From the NCBI GenBank assembly GCA_963714275.1, contig CAVQNT010000003.1, positions 88,568-152,567 on the forward strand: DNA of 64,000 nt. Reading direction: 5' to 3'. Every line of letters starts with the position of its first letter. Within the stretch, counting starts at the first letter, position 1. Below the pieces are notes generated by a model that did no database searches, was not told the origin of the DNA, and saw only the letters and a program-made list of their open reading frames with translations. Of the stretch, positions 19,035-28,799 are shown piece after piece. The stretch is from Candidatus Bathyarchaeota archaeon. GTDB taxonomy: Archaea; Thermoproteota; Bathyarchaeia; Bathyarchaeales; DTEX01. The position numbers and the translations under genes were made by a program.

Positions 19035-19685
19035 CTAAGTATTGAAGAACAAGTAACTGAGGTATCGATGGTACTTTTTTATTCTCGGAAAAAACATAGG
19101 CACTTTTTCAGCATAGTCCTGATATTCTTTCCCAAACTCCTTTGTTAACTCGTTCTCTTCTTTCTTTGAAATGAGAAAAATTAACAGAATCATCAATGGA
19201 GTGGAAAGTAGAGAGTACCACGCAGAAAATAAAAAAGTGATTCCCACATGAGCTAGTAAACCTCCAAGATATTGCGGATGCCTAACTAAAGAATAAACAC
19301 CCGAGGTAACGATTTTGTCCGCTCGATGGGTTTCAGCCACTTTTAAAGTGGTTCCTTTTACACCTGCAACTCCGAACCAAGCACCTGACAAAAACAAAGG
19401 AACAAAGACTATCAAGTGAACTATTGGAATCGAATAGTTGATAAACGGAAAAACCACAGACAAATTTAAGAGGAGGGAGATAACAAACCTTGGTTGCGGA
19501 GAAACCCAGAGTCCAGCCCAAAAGACGAAGAACCCCCAACCAGAAAGGAAACTGTAAATCCCGCCAATTTGTCTCCCTCTGTCTTGCCCATATTTCTCTT
19601 CAAGTTTAAGATGCTCCACTGATAAAAAATGAAGTGGTATCACAGCAATTATGCCAACCACGCAAATGAAGAAGAAAATGTACAT
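19035..19685 (-). CDS. Isoprenylcysteine carboxyl methyltransferase (ICMT)/phospholipid methyltransferase-family membrane protein
   Basis: Multi-TM, with the C-terminal signature VTSGVYSLVRHPQYLGGLLAHVG...EENELTKEFGKEYQDYAEKVPMFFP. Confidence 0.8.
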   Translation of the reverse strand: MYIFFFICVVGIIAVIPLHFLSVEHLKLEEKYGQDRGRQIGGIYSFLSGWGFFVFWAGLWVSPQPRFVISLLLNLSVVFPFINYSIPIVHLIVFVPLFLSGAWFGVAGVKGTTLKVAETHRADKIVTSGVYSLVRHPQYLGGLLAHVGITFLFSAWYSLLSTPLMILLIFLISKKEENELTKEFGKEYQDYAEKVPMFFPRIKKYHRYLSYLFFNT

Positions 19686-19756
19686 TCTGCTATCATAGAA
19701 TCAATAAAGGCTAACGAAATAAATCATTTCTTATGGATACGTTGCCGACACAGGCG

Positions 19757-20698
19757 TCACTGCGTATTCCATTCTTGCTTTCTTCCGCAATTCGGACAGT
19801 ATAAAGCATCTCCAGGCATCCTTTGTCCACAGCAGATACAGAATTTCAGCTGCCATTTCTGAATCTGAACACGCCTTCTTTGAAGAACGGTTTGAACGAA
19901 AAGACCGATTGCTACGAATGTACAGATTCCTAACATGACCTCTCTGAGAAATATGCCGGTCTCTACCGAAATGGCTACTGTGAGGAAGCCTGTGGCATCA
20001 TACACACCGTGAATCAGCGTAGGTATTAGAAGATTTCCGCCTGAAAGATAATACGTCACCGCCATAGCCATTCCAAAGGCAACCAGATTAGTGAACAAGA
20101 CCAAAGAAGCTACACCGTAAACGAGTCCGTAATAGAGATGCACAGCAGCGAAAAGCACCGACGAAGCAAACGCAAGAACCAACCAGTGACGATTCTTAAA
20201 AATTGCCAACATACCGCCAAAAACGAAACCTCTAAAAAGATACTCTTCAACTGGCCCTACAACTAAAAAGGACACTAATACCATGGTCCAAGCTGCCTCA
20301 GGCGGTATCTGCAGCAACGGATTGGGTCTGTTCAGAAGATCAATTGCCGCTGGATCAAGCGCTAAAAAAGCGATTAGAATTACAACCGTAACGATTATAG
20401 CTAAATCCATGAAAACTCCGAACATGCCTAACCCAAACTTGAGAGCGGAAAAAACGTGGTTGTTGGCACGTCGAATTATGGACTTTCCCCAAAGCAAGCT
20501 TACGGTTATAACGGGTATTCCATAAACCACGATTATCTGCGCGATGGCGCCAAGATCCCCGATAATATACTGGGAGAAAATTGAGAAGCAAATGACAATT
20601 AGCCCGATAAGATATGACCATTTTGTAATCGGCTTTTCCAAGGTTTCGTTCTTTCTCAAAACAGAACCGTCTTTTGCTAGCATTAGTCCAATTCTCAC
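19757..20698 (-). CDS. CPBP-family intramembrane protease (CAAX protease/Abi family) with C-terminal zinc ribbon
   Basis: Motif 1 is GPVEEYLFRGFVFGG, with the His motif FAAVHLYY and a later HGVYD. The C-terminal tail is CICCGQRMPGDALYCPNCG. Confidence 0.8.
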   Translation of the reverse strand: MRIGLMLAKDGSVLRKNETLEKPITKWSYLIGLIVICFSIFSQYIIGDLGAIAQIIVVYGIPVITVSLLWGKSIIRRANNHVFSALKFGLGMFGVFMDLAIIVTVVILIAFLALDPAAIDLLNRPNPLLQIPPEAAWTMVLVSFLVVGPVEEYLFRGFVFGGMLAIFKNRHWLVLAFASSVLFAAVHLYYGLVYGVASLVLFTNLVAFGMAMAVTYYLSGGNLLIPTLIHGVYDATGFLTVAISVETGIFLREVMLGICTFVAIGLFVQTVLQRRRVQIQKWQLKFCICCGQRMPGDALYCPNCGRKQEWNTQ

Positions 20699-20914
20699 AT
20701 CAATGTTTTGACTGGTAAACTGTCGAAAAGGCTTACACTTCCCATCATATAATCCTTAGCTATACAAGGCATAATCTATGAAGTGAACACAAATAGCAAA
20801 GTCCAAGATCTGTCTGTGATATAGGAAAATCAAGGTTTATTATTGATGTTATTCGACGAATGTAGAAATCACTGTCATCTGAGCAGTGTATAATTTGTTA
20901 TTCCTATATTTTGG

Positions 20915-21020
20915 ACAAAATTTAATTTTTTTCTCTGTTTATTCTTCTCACGTGTGTTGTGTGTTGTGCGTTATCTGTTATACGCTCTCTAGCCACGATA
21001 TAGAACAACAAAACAACCAT
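20915..21020 (+). repeat. Low-complexity element, copy D (core-like aaaatttaat plus right arm)
   Basis: acaaaatttaatttttttctctgtttattcttctcacgtgtgttgtgtgttgtgcgttatctgttatacgctctctagccacgatatagaacaacaaaacaacc. Compare copy A: ctgttatatgtgctctctac...cacaacaaacaacaaacac. Confidence 0.6.
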
Positions 21021-21140
21021 TCTAAAATTTATTACTTGCCATTCTTTTTCTTTTTATTTTCAAGCATCTTTTAATACGGTTAAAAAAAATTATAAGGTTC
21101 AACATGCACTAGACCAAACTCTAGACATATCTGGAGTGTT

Positions 21141-22622
21141 CTAGCCGGGCTTGCTACGTCTTCTCATTACGAAAAGCCCTACAATGACAGCAACAGCAGC
21201 AGCTGCTGCTCCAATTATCACGTACATTATTGGGAAGCCTTCTTCCAGTGGAGTCAGCGTGACAGTCGGGTCGAGGTGCACTGTTTCAATACTTGGAATT
21301 ATTGTCGCAACATACTCTAGTCCTTGGTATTCAGGTTCATTGGACCAAAAATTAATTTGAAGTATGATGTTGTGGTCAGATCGTACCGTATGGGTTCCTG
21401 GTTGAGTGAATAAGTAATACGAATCGACCTGAACCGTTTGAGTGAGACCATCGATTGTTAATTGGGTTTCCTCCTTTGCGAAGAAGTATGCCTCAACAAA
21501 TGCTTCAGTGGGCAGATGAATCATGGTATCTTGGTTTGGTTGAATGCCGATAAACATAACTCCATTAGCATACCCCGTGTAAATTCCTCCTAAGGAGGAA
21601 CGTGTTATTTCGATACTTCCGTTATGAATAAACGTTAATGTGATTGGTTTGTCGCTCTGCACAGCAATGGCGTATGCTGTTGGCTGGACTGCAACGCCAG
21701 TTCCTCCTGTTACTGTAAACTTAGTCATCAATTGCTTGGTTTCAAGATCATACACTCTCACTTCAGTATCCTCAGAAGCTAATATTCGGTATCCGTAATC
21801 CCTTTGGTTGTCCCACCCCCATTCCCCCCTCAACGACCTTGTTAAGAAGAATGTTCCCACAAAACCTCCTTCAGCAGAGGGAACGGGAAAACATGTACAA
21901 TCACCACCTCCTACAGCTGGAATTGCGACTGACTGAATCATAATATTGCCTGTAGACTCAAATTTAAAGACCCTAAAAGGACTCAATATTATATTTTTAT
22001 ACGAGTTGGCATCAAGAGGATATTGTTGTTCATCCCCGTCATCTCTAGTCACAGTAACCCTTGTTTTTTCTAAAGCCAGCATTGTGTATTCAGCGTTGAT
22101 TCCTTGGCTAGAACCCATCAAAACGAATTCCTTGCCAACATACATGCCATCTGTAGACAAATAGGAGCCACGTGGTAATGGTCCCTCTCTAGCAGTAGCA
22201 TTAGGAATACTATGATAATTAAGAAGCAAAACAGAAACCTGCTTATCTGATACTACCTTGAAGACTGTGCCATTGGAAAGTAACACAAAATGTTTCTTCA
22301 TGCTATTTATTGTTACTTCCGAAACAAGTCTATCAAGCGTCAGGTCATAGACCATTACGTTTGTGTCGTCCTCTGCAACGCTAATCGCAATCAAGGAGGT
22401 ATTACCAACTGAGCCTGTGTCAAGCCTCCAAACTGAGTTACGATCGTTCGTATCAGTAAGATTAAATCTGTATATTTTAGATGGCACAACACCATAGTAA
22501 GTATAATCCGGGTTTCCTAATGATGGAAAGACATGGAGATAAAATGGGTATATGAGGAAAATTGTGAGTATAGTCACAACCAAATAAAATAATTTAATTT
22601 GTAAGCCTTTCCAGAACTGCAA
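21141..22622 (-). CDS. Hypothetical extracellular protein with N-terminal signal anchor and C-terminal TM anchor
   Basis: A 493-aa ORF with TTG start. N-terminal helix FYLVVTILTIFLIYPF and C-terminal helix YVIIGAAAAAVAVIVGLFV followed by MRRRSKPG. Recurring ED(T)xVxVYDLxxxxL strands suggest a repeated beta structure. Confidence 0.5.
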   Translation of the reverse strand: MQFWKGLQIKLFYLVVTILTIFLIYPFYLHVFPSLGNPDYTYYGVVPSKIYRFNLTDTNDRNSVWRLDTGSVGNTSLIAISVAEDDTNVMVYDLTLDRLVSEVTINSMKKHFVLLSNGTVFKVVSDKQVSVLLLNYHSIPNATAREGPLPRGSYLSTDGMYVGKEFVLMGSSQGINAEYTMLALEKTRVTVTRDDGDEQQYPLDANSYKNIILSPFRVFKFESTGNIMIQSVAIPAVGGGDCTCFPVPSAEGGFVGTFFLTRSLRGEWGWDNQRDYGYRILASEDTEVRVYDLETKQLMTKFTVTGGTGVAVQPTAYAIAVQSDKPITLTFIHNGSIEITRSSLGGIYTGYANGVMFIGIQPNQDTMIHLPTEAFVEAYFFAKEETQLTIDGLTQTVQVDSYYLFTQPGTHTVRSDHNIILQINFWSNEPEYQGLEYVATIIPSIETVHLDPTVTLTPLEEGFPIMYVIIGAAAAAVAVIVGLFVMRRRSKPG

Positions 22623-22968
22623 AATTATACGCTCCTAAATATCCGAACATTATATATATTAATTTATGTTATATTTAATTATAATGTCTGTAACAATCAC
22701 GAGGTTTTTCCATGAAGCTTCTATTAGAGTCCAATCAAAAAATAACCTAGAATAAGCGGTACAGTCTTAAAAGTCACAGACTAATGAAGGCTTTTTGGTA
22801 ATAACACTAAATGTTGTCGGTTACGGCTTCTAATAGTGCTAAGAAGATAGGTGAGATGACTATTCAAGCGTTTAAAGACTTCTTCGCTGGTAGAAAAGTC
22901 AGGAATAACATCAATTTAACTGAATTTGGCATAGCTTAGATGCGAGAATCATTCAAGATCGTATAAGC

Positions 22969-23505
22969 TTAAAAAGAGAACTTCTTGCCAAACTCTTCTA
23001 GGTAAGCTATTTTTTCAAGTTTCTTTCTCGGTCTTATTAAGTGAACCACCTTAGCTGAAATGTCCAGTTTCTCTTTTGGGTAGCCCAAAGCTAAAAGCGC
23101 AATAACCTTCAGGTGACTGGGTAGTTTTAACATTTCTCTAATTTCTTTTTCGTTGAAAACGCCTATCCAACATGTTCCTATTCCTTCGCCAGTGGCAGCG
23201 AGTACAAGGTTTTCCATTGCAATGCATGTTTCACAGGCATACCAGCGTGGAGAAGCTTTCTGATCTCCGCATCCAACAATAACAACGGGCGAATCAGCTA
23301 AAAAATGACCATATCTGCATCCCTTAGCGATTTTTTTTCTTTTATCTGAATCTGTGACTATGATAAAACGCCAAGGCTGAACACTTCCTGCTGAAGGAGC
23401 CAGTCTAGCCGCATCTAAAATCTTTTTCAACTTTGCATGTGGAACCGGCGTAGACTCATAAGACCTAATTGATCTCCGGTTTTGAATAACTTCAAAAACA
23501 TCCAA
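22969..23505 (-). CDS. Nitroreductase-family protein
   Basis: VIQNRRSIRSYES...ARLAPSAGSVQPWRFIIV...IAMENLVLAATGEGIGTCWIG. Confidence 0.85.
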   Translation of the reverse strand: MDVFEVIQNRRSIRSYESTPVPHAKLKKILDAARLAPSAGSVQPWRFIIVTDSDKRKKIAKGCRYGHFLADSPVVIVGCGDQKASPRWYACETCIAMENLVLAATGEGIGTCWIGVFNEKEIREMLKLPSHLKVIALLALGYPKEKLDISAKVVHLIRPRKKLEKIAYLEEFGKKFSF

Positions 23506-23669
23506 CTTAATTCCCTCGATTATTCAGTGAGTTTGTAACTATTTGAAATCACCATCGACTCCCTATTTAAAAAATTTTATTAGCTCAGCTCACTGTAAAT
23601 TAATCTTAAAACTTTTAATGCAAAGATACCAATATAATGGCAAACTGCTTAAGAAAAAGTTGACCAATC

Positions 23670-24915
23670 TTGAATAGACCTGATGTTTACTACATTGAGG
23701 CACATGTACCAATTGAATATATTCCACAGGTCCCCTCCAAAAAATGGTACACATACAGCCTGATATATCAAACAAAAGAGCTTGCAGGAAAAATTTTGTT
23801 AGATACTATTAAACCGGGAGACACTGTTGCCATTAAAACACATTTTGGTGAACGATACTCTCAATATTACATTAGACCAGCCTATGTAAGGAAGGTAGCT
23901 GATAAAATTAGGGAATTAGGTGGAAAACCCTTCGTGTGTGACACGCTTTTTTCTGGTATGGCTGTAGAGAGAGATGAAGCAGACGAACCCTTCCTGACCA
24001 GGAGATCTCTTGAAGAGGGTCTAGAAACTGCAGCTATGAATGGTTTCACCCGTGAAACTATGGGGTGTCCAGTCTTCTTTGCAGATGCTCCAAAGGGATT
24101 AAGATCAATAAAACATCCCTTTAATGGGACATACATCAAAGAGGTTTTTATCGCTTCAGTTATCGCTGAGGCTGATGTCCTATTGAGCCTGGCGCATTTT
24201 AAGGCTCATGACTGTATGTCAGTGGGCGGAACTCTCAAGAATATCGGTGTGGGTTGCTCAGCTAAACAGGGAAAATGGTGGATTCACCACAGTTCTAAGC
24301 TTAAGTGTGGACTTGAAAAAATGCACAGAATGCGGCGAATGCGTATCTTATTGCCCAGTGGACGCAATAGAGATGGTTCAGGGAAAAGCCCATATTATTC
24401 CAGAGAAATGTATCGACTGCGCTGGCTGCATCGACCATTGTAAATCTGCTGCATTTATTAGTAGGACATTTCCAACCATAGAGGAACAAGAGGCTAGAAT
24501 CGCTGAAACTGCTACTGGCATCATTCAGTATTTTAAAGGTAAAGTAGCATTCATCAACTTAGCTGTTGACATTGTGCCCCTTTGCGACTGCGATCCCTTC
24601 CAAGGAGTTCCAATAGTTCCAGACCTAGGCGTACTAGCATCAAAAGACCCAGTGGCTATCGATAGGGCATGCATAGACCTTGTAAACAACTCCTCAGGCA
24701 TCCCTAACTCAATGGCTGAGGCTGCAGGTGTGCTGAAGCCTGGAGTAGAAAAACTTAACACCATCGCTAAAATGAGGTGGAAGGCTACGCCTGGAGCAAC
24801 TCATGTGACACCGGACTGGAGGGTCATGCTTGATACAGCTGAGAAGGTTGGACTTGGAACTCAACATTACAATTTAATTAAAATAAATTTTGGCTATCCT
24901 CCAAAGAAATCATGA
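23670..24915 (+). CDS. DUF362-domain protein with an inserted 2x[4Fe-4S] ferredoxin domain, one frameshift near 24265-24290
   Basis: VAIKTHFGE...KPFVCDT...LAHFKAHDCMSVGGTLKNIGVGC, then in a second frame CTECGECVSYCP and CIDCAGCIDHC, then VPLCDCDPFQGVPIVPDLGVLASKDPVAIDRACIDLVN. Confidence 0.7.
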
Positions 24916-25061
24916 AATGTCTCAAGGTTACGGAAAACATTTTAACTAAAAGTGATCCAGGCCATTAAATTAATAAGATTTTTATAATTGGCGCCTTTTT
25001 GAGTGTATAAAAATCATCGTTTGGTGGAATTGAACTGAGCAAAGTATATTTCCTTAAGGCA

Positions 25062-25970
25062 TTGAGATCCCGATATGACCAATCGGAAAGCTTAGTAAAT
25101 AAGCTTCCTGAGCTGTTGGAAAAATCGGGAATAAATGATATTATTGCCAAAAAAAACTTGGTCGCCATTAAGATGCACATAGGTGTCATCGGTGGATATA
25201 GAACCATTCGACCTCAATTCGTAAGGAAAATGGTAGACACAATTAAACAATGCGGGGGAAGTCCATTTATAACTGACACTTGGGGGATAGGGCACATAGA
25301 GGCTGCATTCTACAATGGATACAGTTACGCAACGGTTAATGCACCAGTACTACCAGCAAACGGAATCAAGGAGAACGATTACAGAATAGTAAAGTTAGAC
25401 GATGGATTCCACTTGAAGGAGGTTAAAGTTGCAGGAAACATTTACGACGCCGATGTTCTCATCAACTTTGCACATGGCAAGGGGCATGGATCATGTGGTT
25501 ATGCTGGTGCCATAAAAAATTTAGCTTTAGGTGGCACAACAGGAGATATAAGAAGTAAAGAACATGCTTTAGAAAGAACAGAGGAAGGCGCCAGAAAATT
25601 CCAAGAAGCCATGGTGGATGTCAATAAGGCGGTTCTAAGCAACAAGAAAGACAAGGCTTTACATATTGCATGGCTATTCGACATCGTTGAACACTGCGAT
25701 TGCACCCCCTTTGGAATGGTTCCTTTCCTTCCCGATTTGGGCATACTTGCCTCAAAAGACATAGTAGCCTTAGAGAAGGCTAGCATAGATCTTATAAACA
25801 AAGCTCCTCCATTACCATGGTCAATTGCAGATAAATTTAACATTGAAGCTGGAGACAACAAGTTCCTAAAAATCCACGGCAAAGATCCTTACATCCAAGT
25901 CTACGCTGCTGAAAAGGCGGGTTTAGGCACAACCCAGTATGAGATCATTGAGTCTGTAAAAGGCTTATGA
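25062..25970 (+). CDS. DUF362-domain protein (paralogue lacking the ferredoxin insert)
   Basis: VAIKMHIGV...SPFITDT...NFAHGKGHGSCGYAGAIKNLALGG...VEHCDCTPFGMVPFLPDLGILASKDIVALEKASIDLIN, collinear with the protein at 23670-24915. Confidence 0.7.
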   Translation: MRSRYDQSESLVNKLPELLEKSGINDIIAKKNLVAIKMHIGVIGGYRTIRPQFVRKMVDTIKQCGGSPFITDTWGIGHIEAAFYNGYSYATVNAPVLPANGIKENDYRIVKLDDGFHLKEVKVAGNIYDADVLINFAHGKGHGSCGYAGAIKNLALGGTTGDIRSKEHALERTEEGARKFQEAMVDVNKAVLSNKKDKALHIAWLFDIVEHCDCTPFGMVPFLPDLGILASKDIVALEKASIDLINKAPPLPWSIADKFNIEAGDNKFLKIHGKDPYIQVYAAEKAGLGTTQYEIIESVKGL

Positions 25971-26910
25971 AATACGAAACTTCTTCTATTGATATAGGGG
26001 GATTAAGGTTGAACCCTTTGGTTCTATGTTTGGACATAAGTGAAAGTATGACCTACGGTGAACCATGGAAGATTAACCAAGCATTCACCATGATAGTAAA
26101 GACCATACAGAGCTTGAGCCAAGACAAACAGGTAGGATTGGTCACCTTCGACGTAACATCTGAAGTTTTGCTGGATCTGCAGCCATTAAACAAAGAAACA
26201 ATTACTACCGAACTTAGTAAAATAGTGCCCAGAGGAGTCAGCTGCATAACGGCTGGATTGGCTGAGGCTGTCAACCTAATTAAAAAAAACGATAAGTTTG
26301 GTGAAGTTCTCCTATTAACTGATGGTCGAGTAAACTTATCCAAGAATCAGATGGAAGGATTTGAAGGCAGCATAGACTTAGAGAAGGAACTCCTAAAGAT
26401 ATCAAGGGATGCTGCGCAAGAACAAATCACGGTTCATTCAGTCGCTGTCGGTGAAGACGCCTTTTCGGGAACTTTGTCCAATATTGCTAAAACAACTCGT
26501 GGCTGTTACTGGCTGGCAGAAGATTACCCTGGACTTAGCATAGGAACATCATGGCCTTCGAGAGTTTTAGAGAGGTATGAGCTAAGTGTTCACAGTTCTC
26601 CAGTTGAGTGCCTTCAGCTCAGCCTACCTGGACAAAAGAATCCCAGTTTATGCATGTTGCGGTTGTCTCTCAAAGCTTTTATGATATCTATTTAGGACAC
26701 CATAAAGCGTTTCTAATTAACGCAGGCAAAGAGAGAGAAGCAAGAACTGCTTTGATCTCCATCGATTCTGATAAGCTGGCTGGTTACAGAGAGAGAAATC
26801 CTAAGATAGCGGAGAGGGTCAAAACTGGAAAAGCTGCACTTCTCGACAAAAGCTACCGTGACTATCTAAACTTGAGTAAAGGTAGTCTCATTGAACTTAA
26901 TATTTACTAA
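25967..26910 (+). CDS. von Willebrand factor A (vWA) domain protein, one frameshift near 26605
   Basis: MIDAS-type LCLDISESM, VGLVTFDV, GVSCITAGL, VLLLTDGRVN. The start overlaps the DUF362 stop (ATGA). The C-terminal part is in the 26608-26910 frame. Confidence 0.65.
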
Positions 26911-26930
26911 AAGCCCACCAGTAGTCAGCC

Positions 26931-26972
26931 AATAAAATTTAATTTTCTCTCTCTTCTTCTCGCGCGCGCACT
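26931..26972 (+). repeat. Low-complexity element, copy E (core-like aaaatttaat, short CT arm, (CG)4-5)
   Basis: aataaaatttaattttctctctcttcttctcgcgcgcgcac. Confidence 0.5.
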
Positions 26973-27203
26973 CGGAATTTCCGTTCATAGAGAAAAGCCT
27001 AGAGAAGTTTCTAGAGAATTTTATTTTAGGGAAGAAAAGGCTGAAGCTAAGACTTGTAAGTTTGAATGGATAGAGGTTAAGGGTCGCCCTCAGATGCGTT
27101 ACCGTGACCTTAAGACGGGTCGTTTCATAAGAAAGCCTGAATAATGAATTCCAAAAAGGAATTTATTTGAAGATCTTAATAAAAATTTATAGCTAACTAG
27201 CTT

Positions 27204-27776
27204 CTATGTTGTTAATGGAGTAAAGTTTTTTTCATGCATTAATATTTTGGATATTTTTATTTCAGCAAAAAATTCTCTTTTCGCTTTGCATATTGGGCAA
27301 ATGTACGGCGGCTCTTCGCGGAAAACCACGTAACCGCACTGTTTACAGTACCAGAATTTGAGTTTCGAACTTGAAATCCCTTTGTTCAATATGCCAAGTG
27401 TATCAATTGGTTTTTCAGTAACTGCCATGTTTATTCCATGATCTCTGGATTGTTTTTCAATAGGTCGACGTTCAGGGATAGGCATTATGGGAGTTTTGTC
27501 TTCAAAGACATCTTTTCTGACGTAAAGTGCGCAATAGCAGTATCCGAACTCAAGAACATCGATATCGCGGTAGTCGCAGGGACACATTATGTCTCTGTCA
27601 AACTCAAACTTTCCAGAGGCAAGCCTGCATGGGCATGAAGGATAACCATAACGTTCTTCATTTTTTTTAAGTCCTTCGAGAAGGTCTGCTAGAAATTCAG
27701 AGTCAGGGTTCAGGAAATAGCCATGGGTTTTTGCATCGCTTTCTGCCCTTCGCCGCACTTTTTCAAATTCTGTCAA
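27204..27776 (-). CDS. Ferredoxin:thioredoxin reductase catalytic-subunit-like protein fused to a C-terminal rubredoxin-type zinc/iron ribbon
   Basis: ERYGYPSCPCRLASGKFEFDRDIMCPCDYRDIDVLEFGYCYCALY is a CPC...CPC...CxC pattern, as in the FTR beta chain. The C-terminus WYCKQCGYVV...YICPICKA is rubredoxin-like. Confidence 0.75.
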   Translation of the reverse strand: MTEFEKVRRRAESDAKTHGYFLNPDSEFLADLLEGLKKNEERYGYPSCPCRLASGKFEFDRDIMCPCDYRDIDVLEFGYCYCALYVRKDVFEDKTPIMPIPERRPIEKQSRDHGINMAVTEKPIDTLGILNKGISSSKLKFWYCKQCGYVVFREEPPYICPICKAKREFFAEIKISKILMHEKNFTPLTT

Positions 27777-28057
27777 ATTTCTAAAACCTCTCTTAGCCTA
27801 TCTTCATAGAAACCATTCATTAAATTCTTATTATCAATGATTATGACGGGATAGCTAGGCCTTCCACCCTTATTTCGAATGTCTTTCTCAATTTTTTCCC
27901 AATCTTCATTACTACATAAATCTACATCTATGTACTCATATTCAAAGTTACTTTTTTTAAGGAATTTCTTTAACATTTTGCACCATGCGCACGTACTCAA
28001 CGTGTACAATAGAATCTTATGTTTTTGGTTTCTGCCTGAAACTTTTATGGTATTCAT
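27773..28057 (-). CDS. Glutaredoxin/thioredoxin-fold protein (CxxC)
   Basis: ILLYTLSTCAWCKMLKKFLKKSNFEYEYIDVD...YPVIIIDNK. It overlaps the FTR-like gene by 4 nt. Confidence 0.8.
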   Translation of the reverse strand: MNTIKVSGRNQKHKILLYTLSTCAWCKMLKKFLKKSNFEYEYIDVDLCSNEDWEKIEKDIRNKGGRPSYPVIIIDNKNLMNGFYEDRLREVLEI

Positions 28058-28258
28058 CTTTTAAACAGACTCTTTCCACAAGCTGGCAATGCCGCATATA
28101 TTTCTTTCTTCAATACATTAAGACATACAAGATGTTCTAATATATTGGTCCTTATAGAGAAGACGTTAAATTGGTTTTTAACACCTCTTAGGGAATTCTC
28201 AGACTTTGAAGAGTAAAATTTCTAACTTATAGTTCATTGCTATTGCACTTTGGATTTT

Positions 28259-28392
28259 GGGATTAAAAATTAGTCTTTTTCTTCTTCTTACTTACTCTTA
28301 CTTACATACTCTTCCGCTTCTGTTTACTCGGTATATCGTGTGTATCGTATATCACACAAAAAAACAAACACAAACAACCAAAAACAAAAAGC
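28259..28392 (+). repeat. Low-complexity element, copy F (core plus right arm)
   Basis: gggattaaaaattagtctttttcttcttcttacttactcttacttacatactcttccgcttctgtttactcggtatatcgtgtgtatcgtatatcacacaaaaaaacaaacacaaacaaccaaaaacaaaaag. Confidence 0.7.
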
Positions 28393-28799
28393 TGACAAAA
28401 AATACTTAGAAGAGTAGGGAATAAATAAGAATTTAAAAAAATATGTAAATTTCTATTGGATAGCTCATCCTATTTATAGAGATATATATAGGAAAGACAC
28501 TGTGCCATATTTCTTTATGTTAAAAAGTTTGAAGAACAAGAAATTTGTTAAACTAAAAAATAACAAAAACAAGCGGTGATAATAGGATTTGAGTAAACTT
28601 GCTTTCATCATTTTCTTTCCGCTTTTTCTTTATTTCAGACTAGTCTTCTGGTTAGCTAGTAGAATGTGAACGAGTAAACCCTAATGACACAAGTTTCGTG
28701 TCTTTTTAACATGTTTTGTGATGCTTCTTCCACACATGAGTGTATGAGCATGAAACATAGAATAAATAAAAGTTATTAGACTAATAATATGTGTTTTAG

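Noticed and set aside
26911-27144. An open frame after the vWA stop, ending ...CKFEWIEVKGRPQMRYRDLKTGRFIRKPE.
   Set aside because: It has no ATG, GTG or TTG start upstream of the conserved-looking part. It begins inside repeat copy E, and I cannot place the sequence in a family. It may be a gene remnant, but it is not supportable as a CDS.
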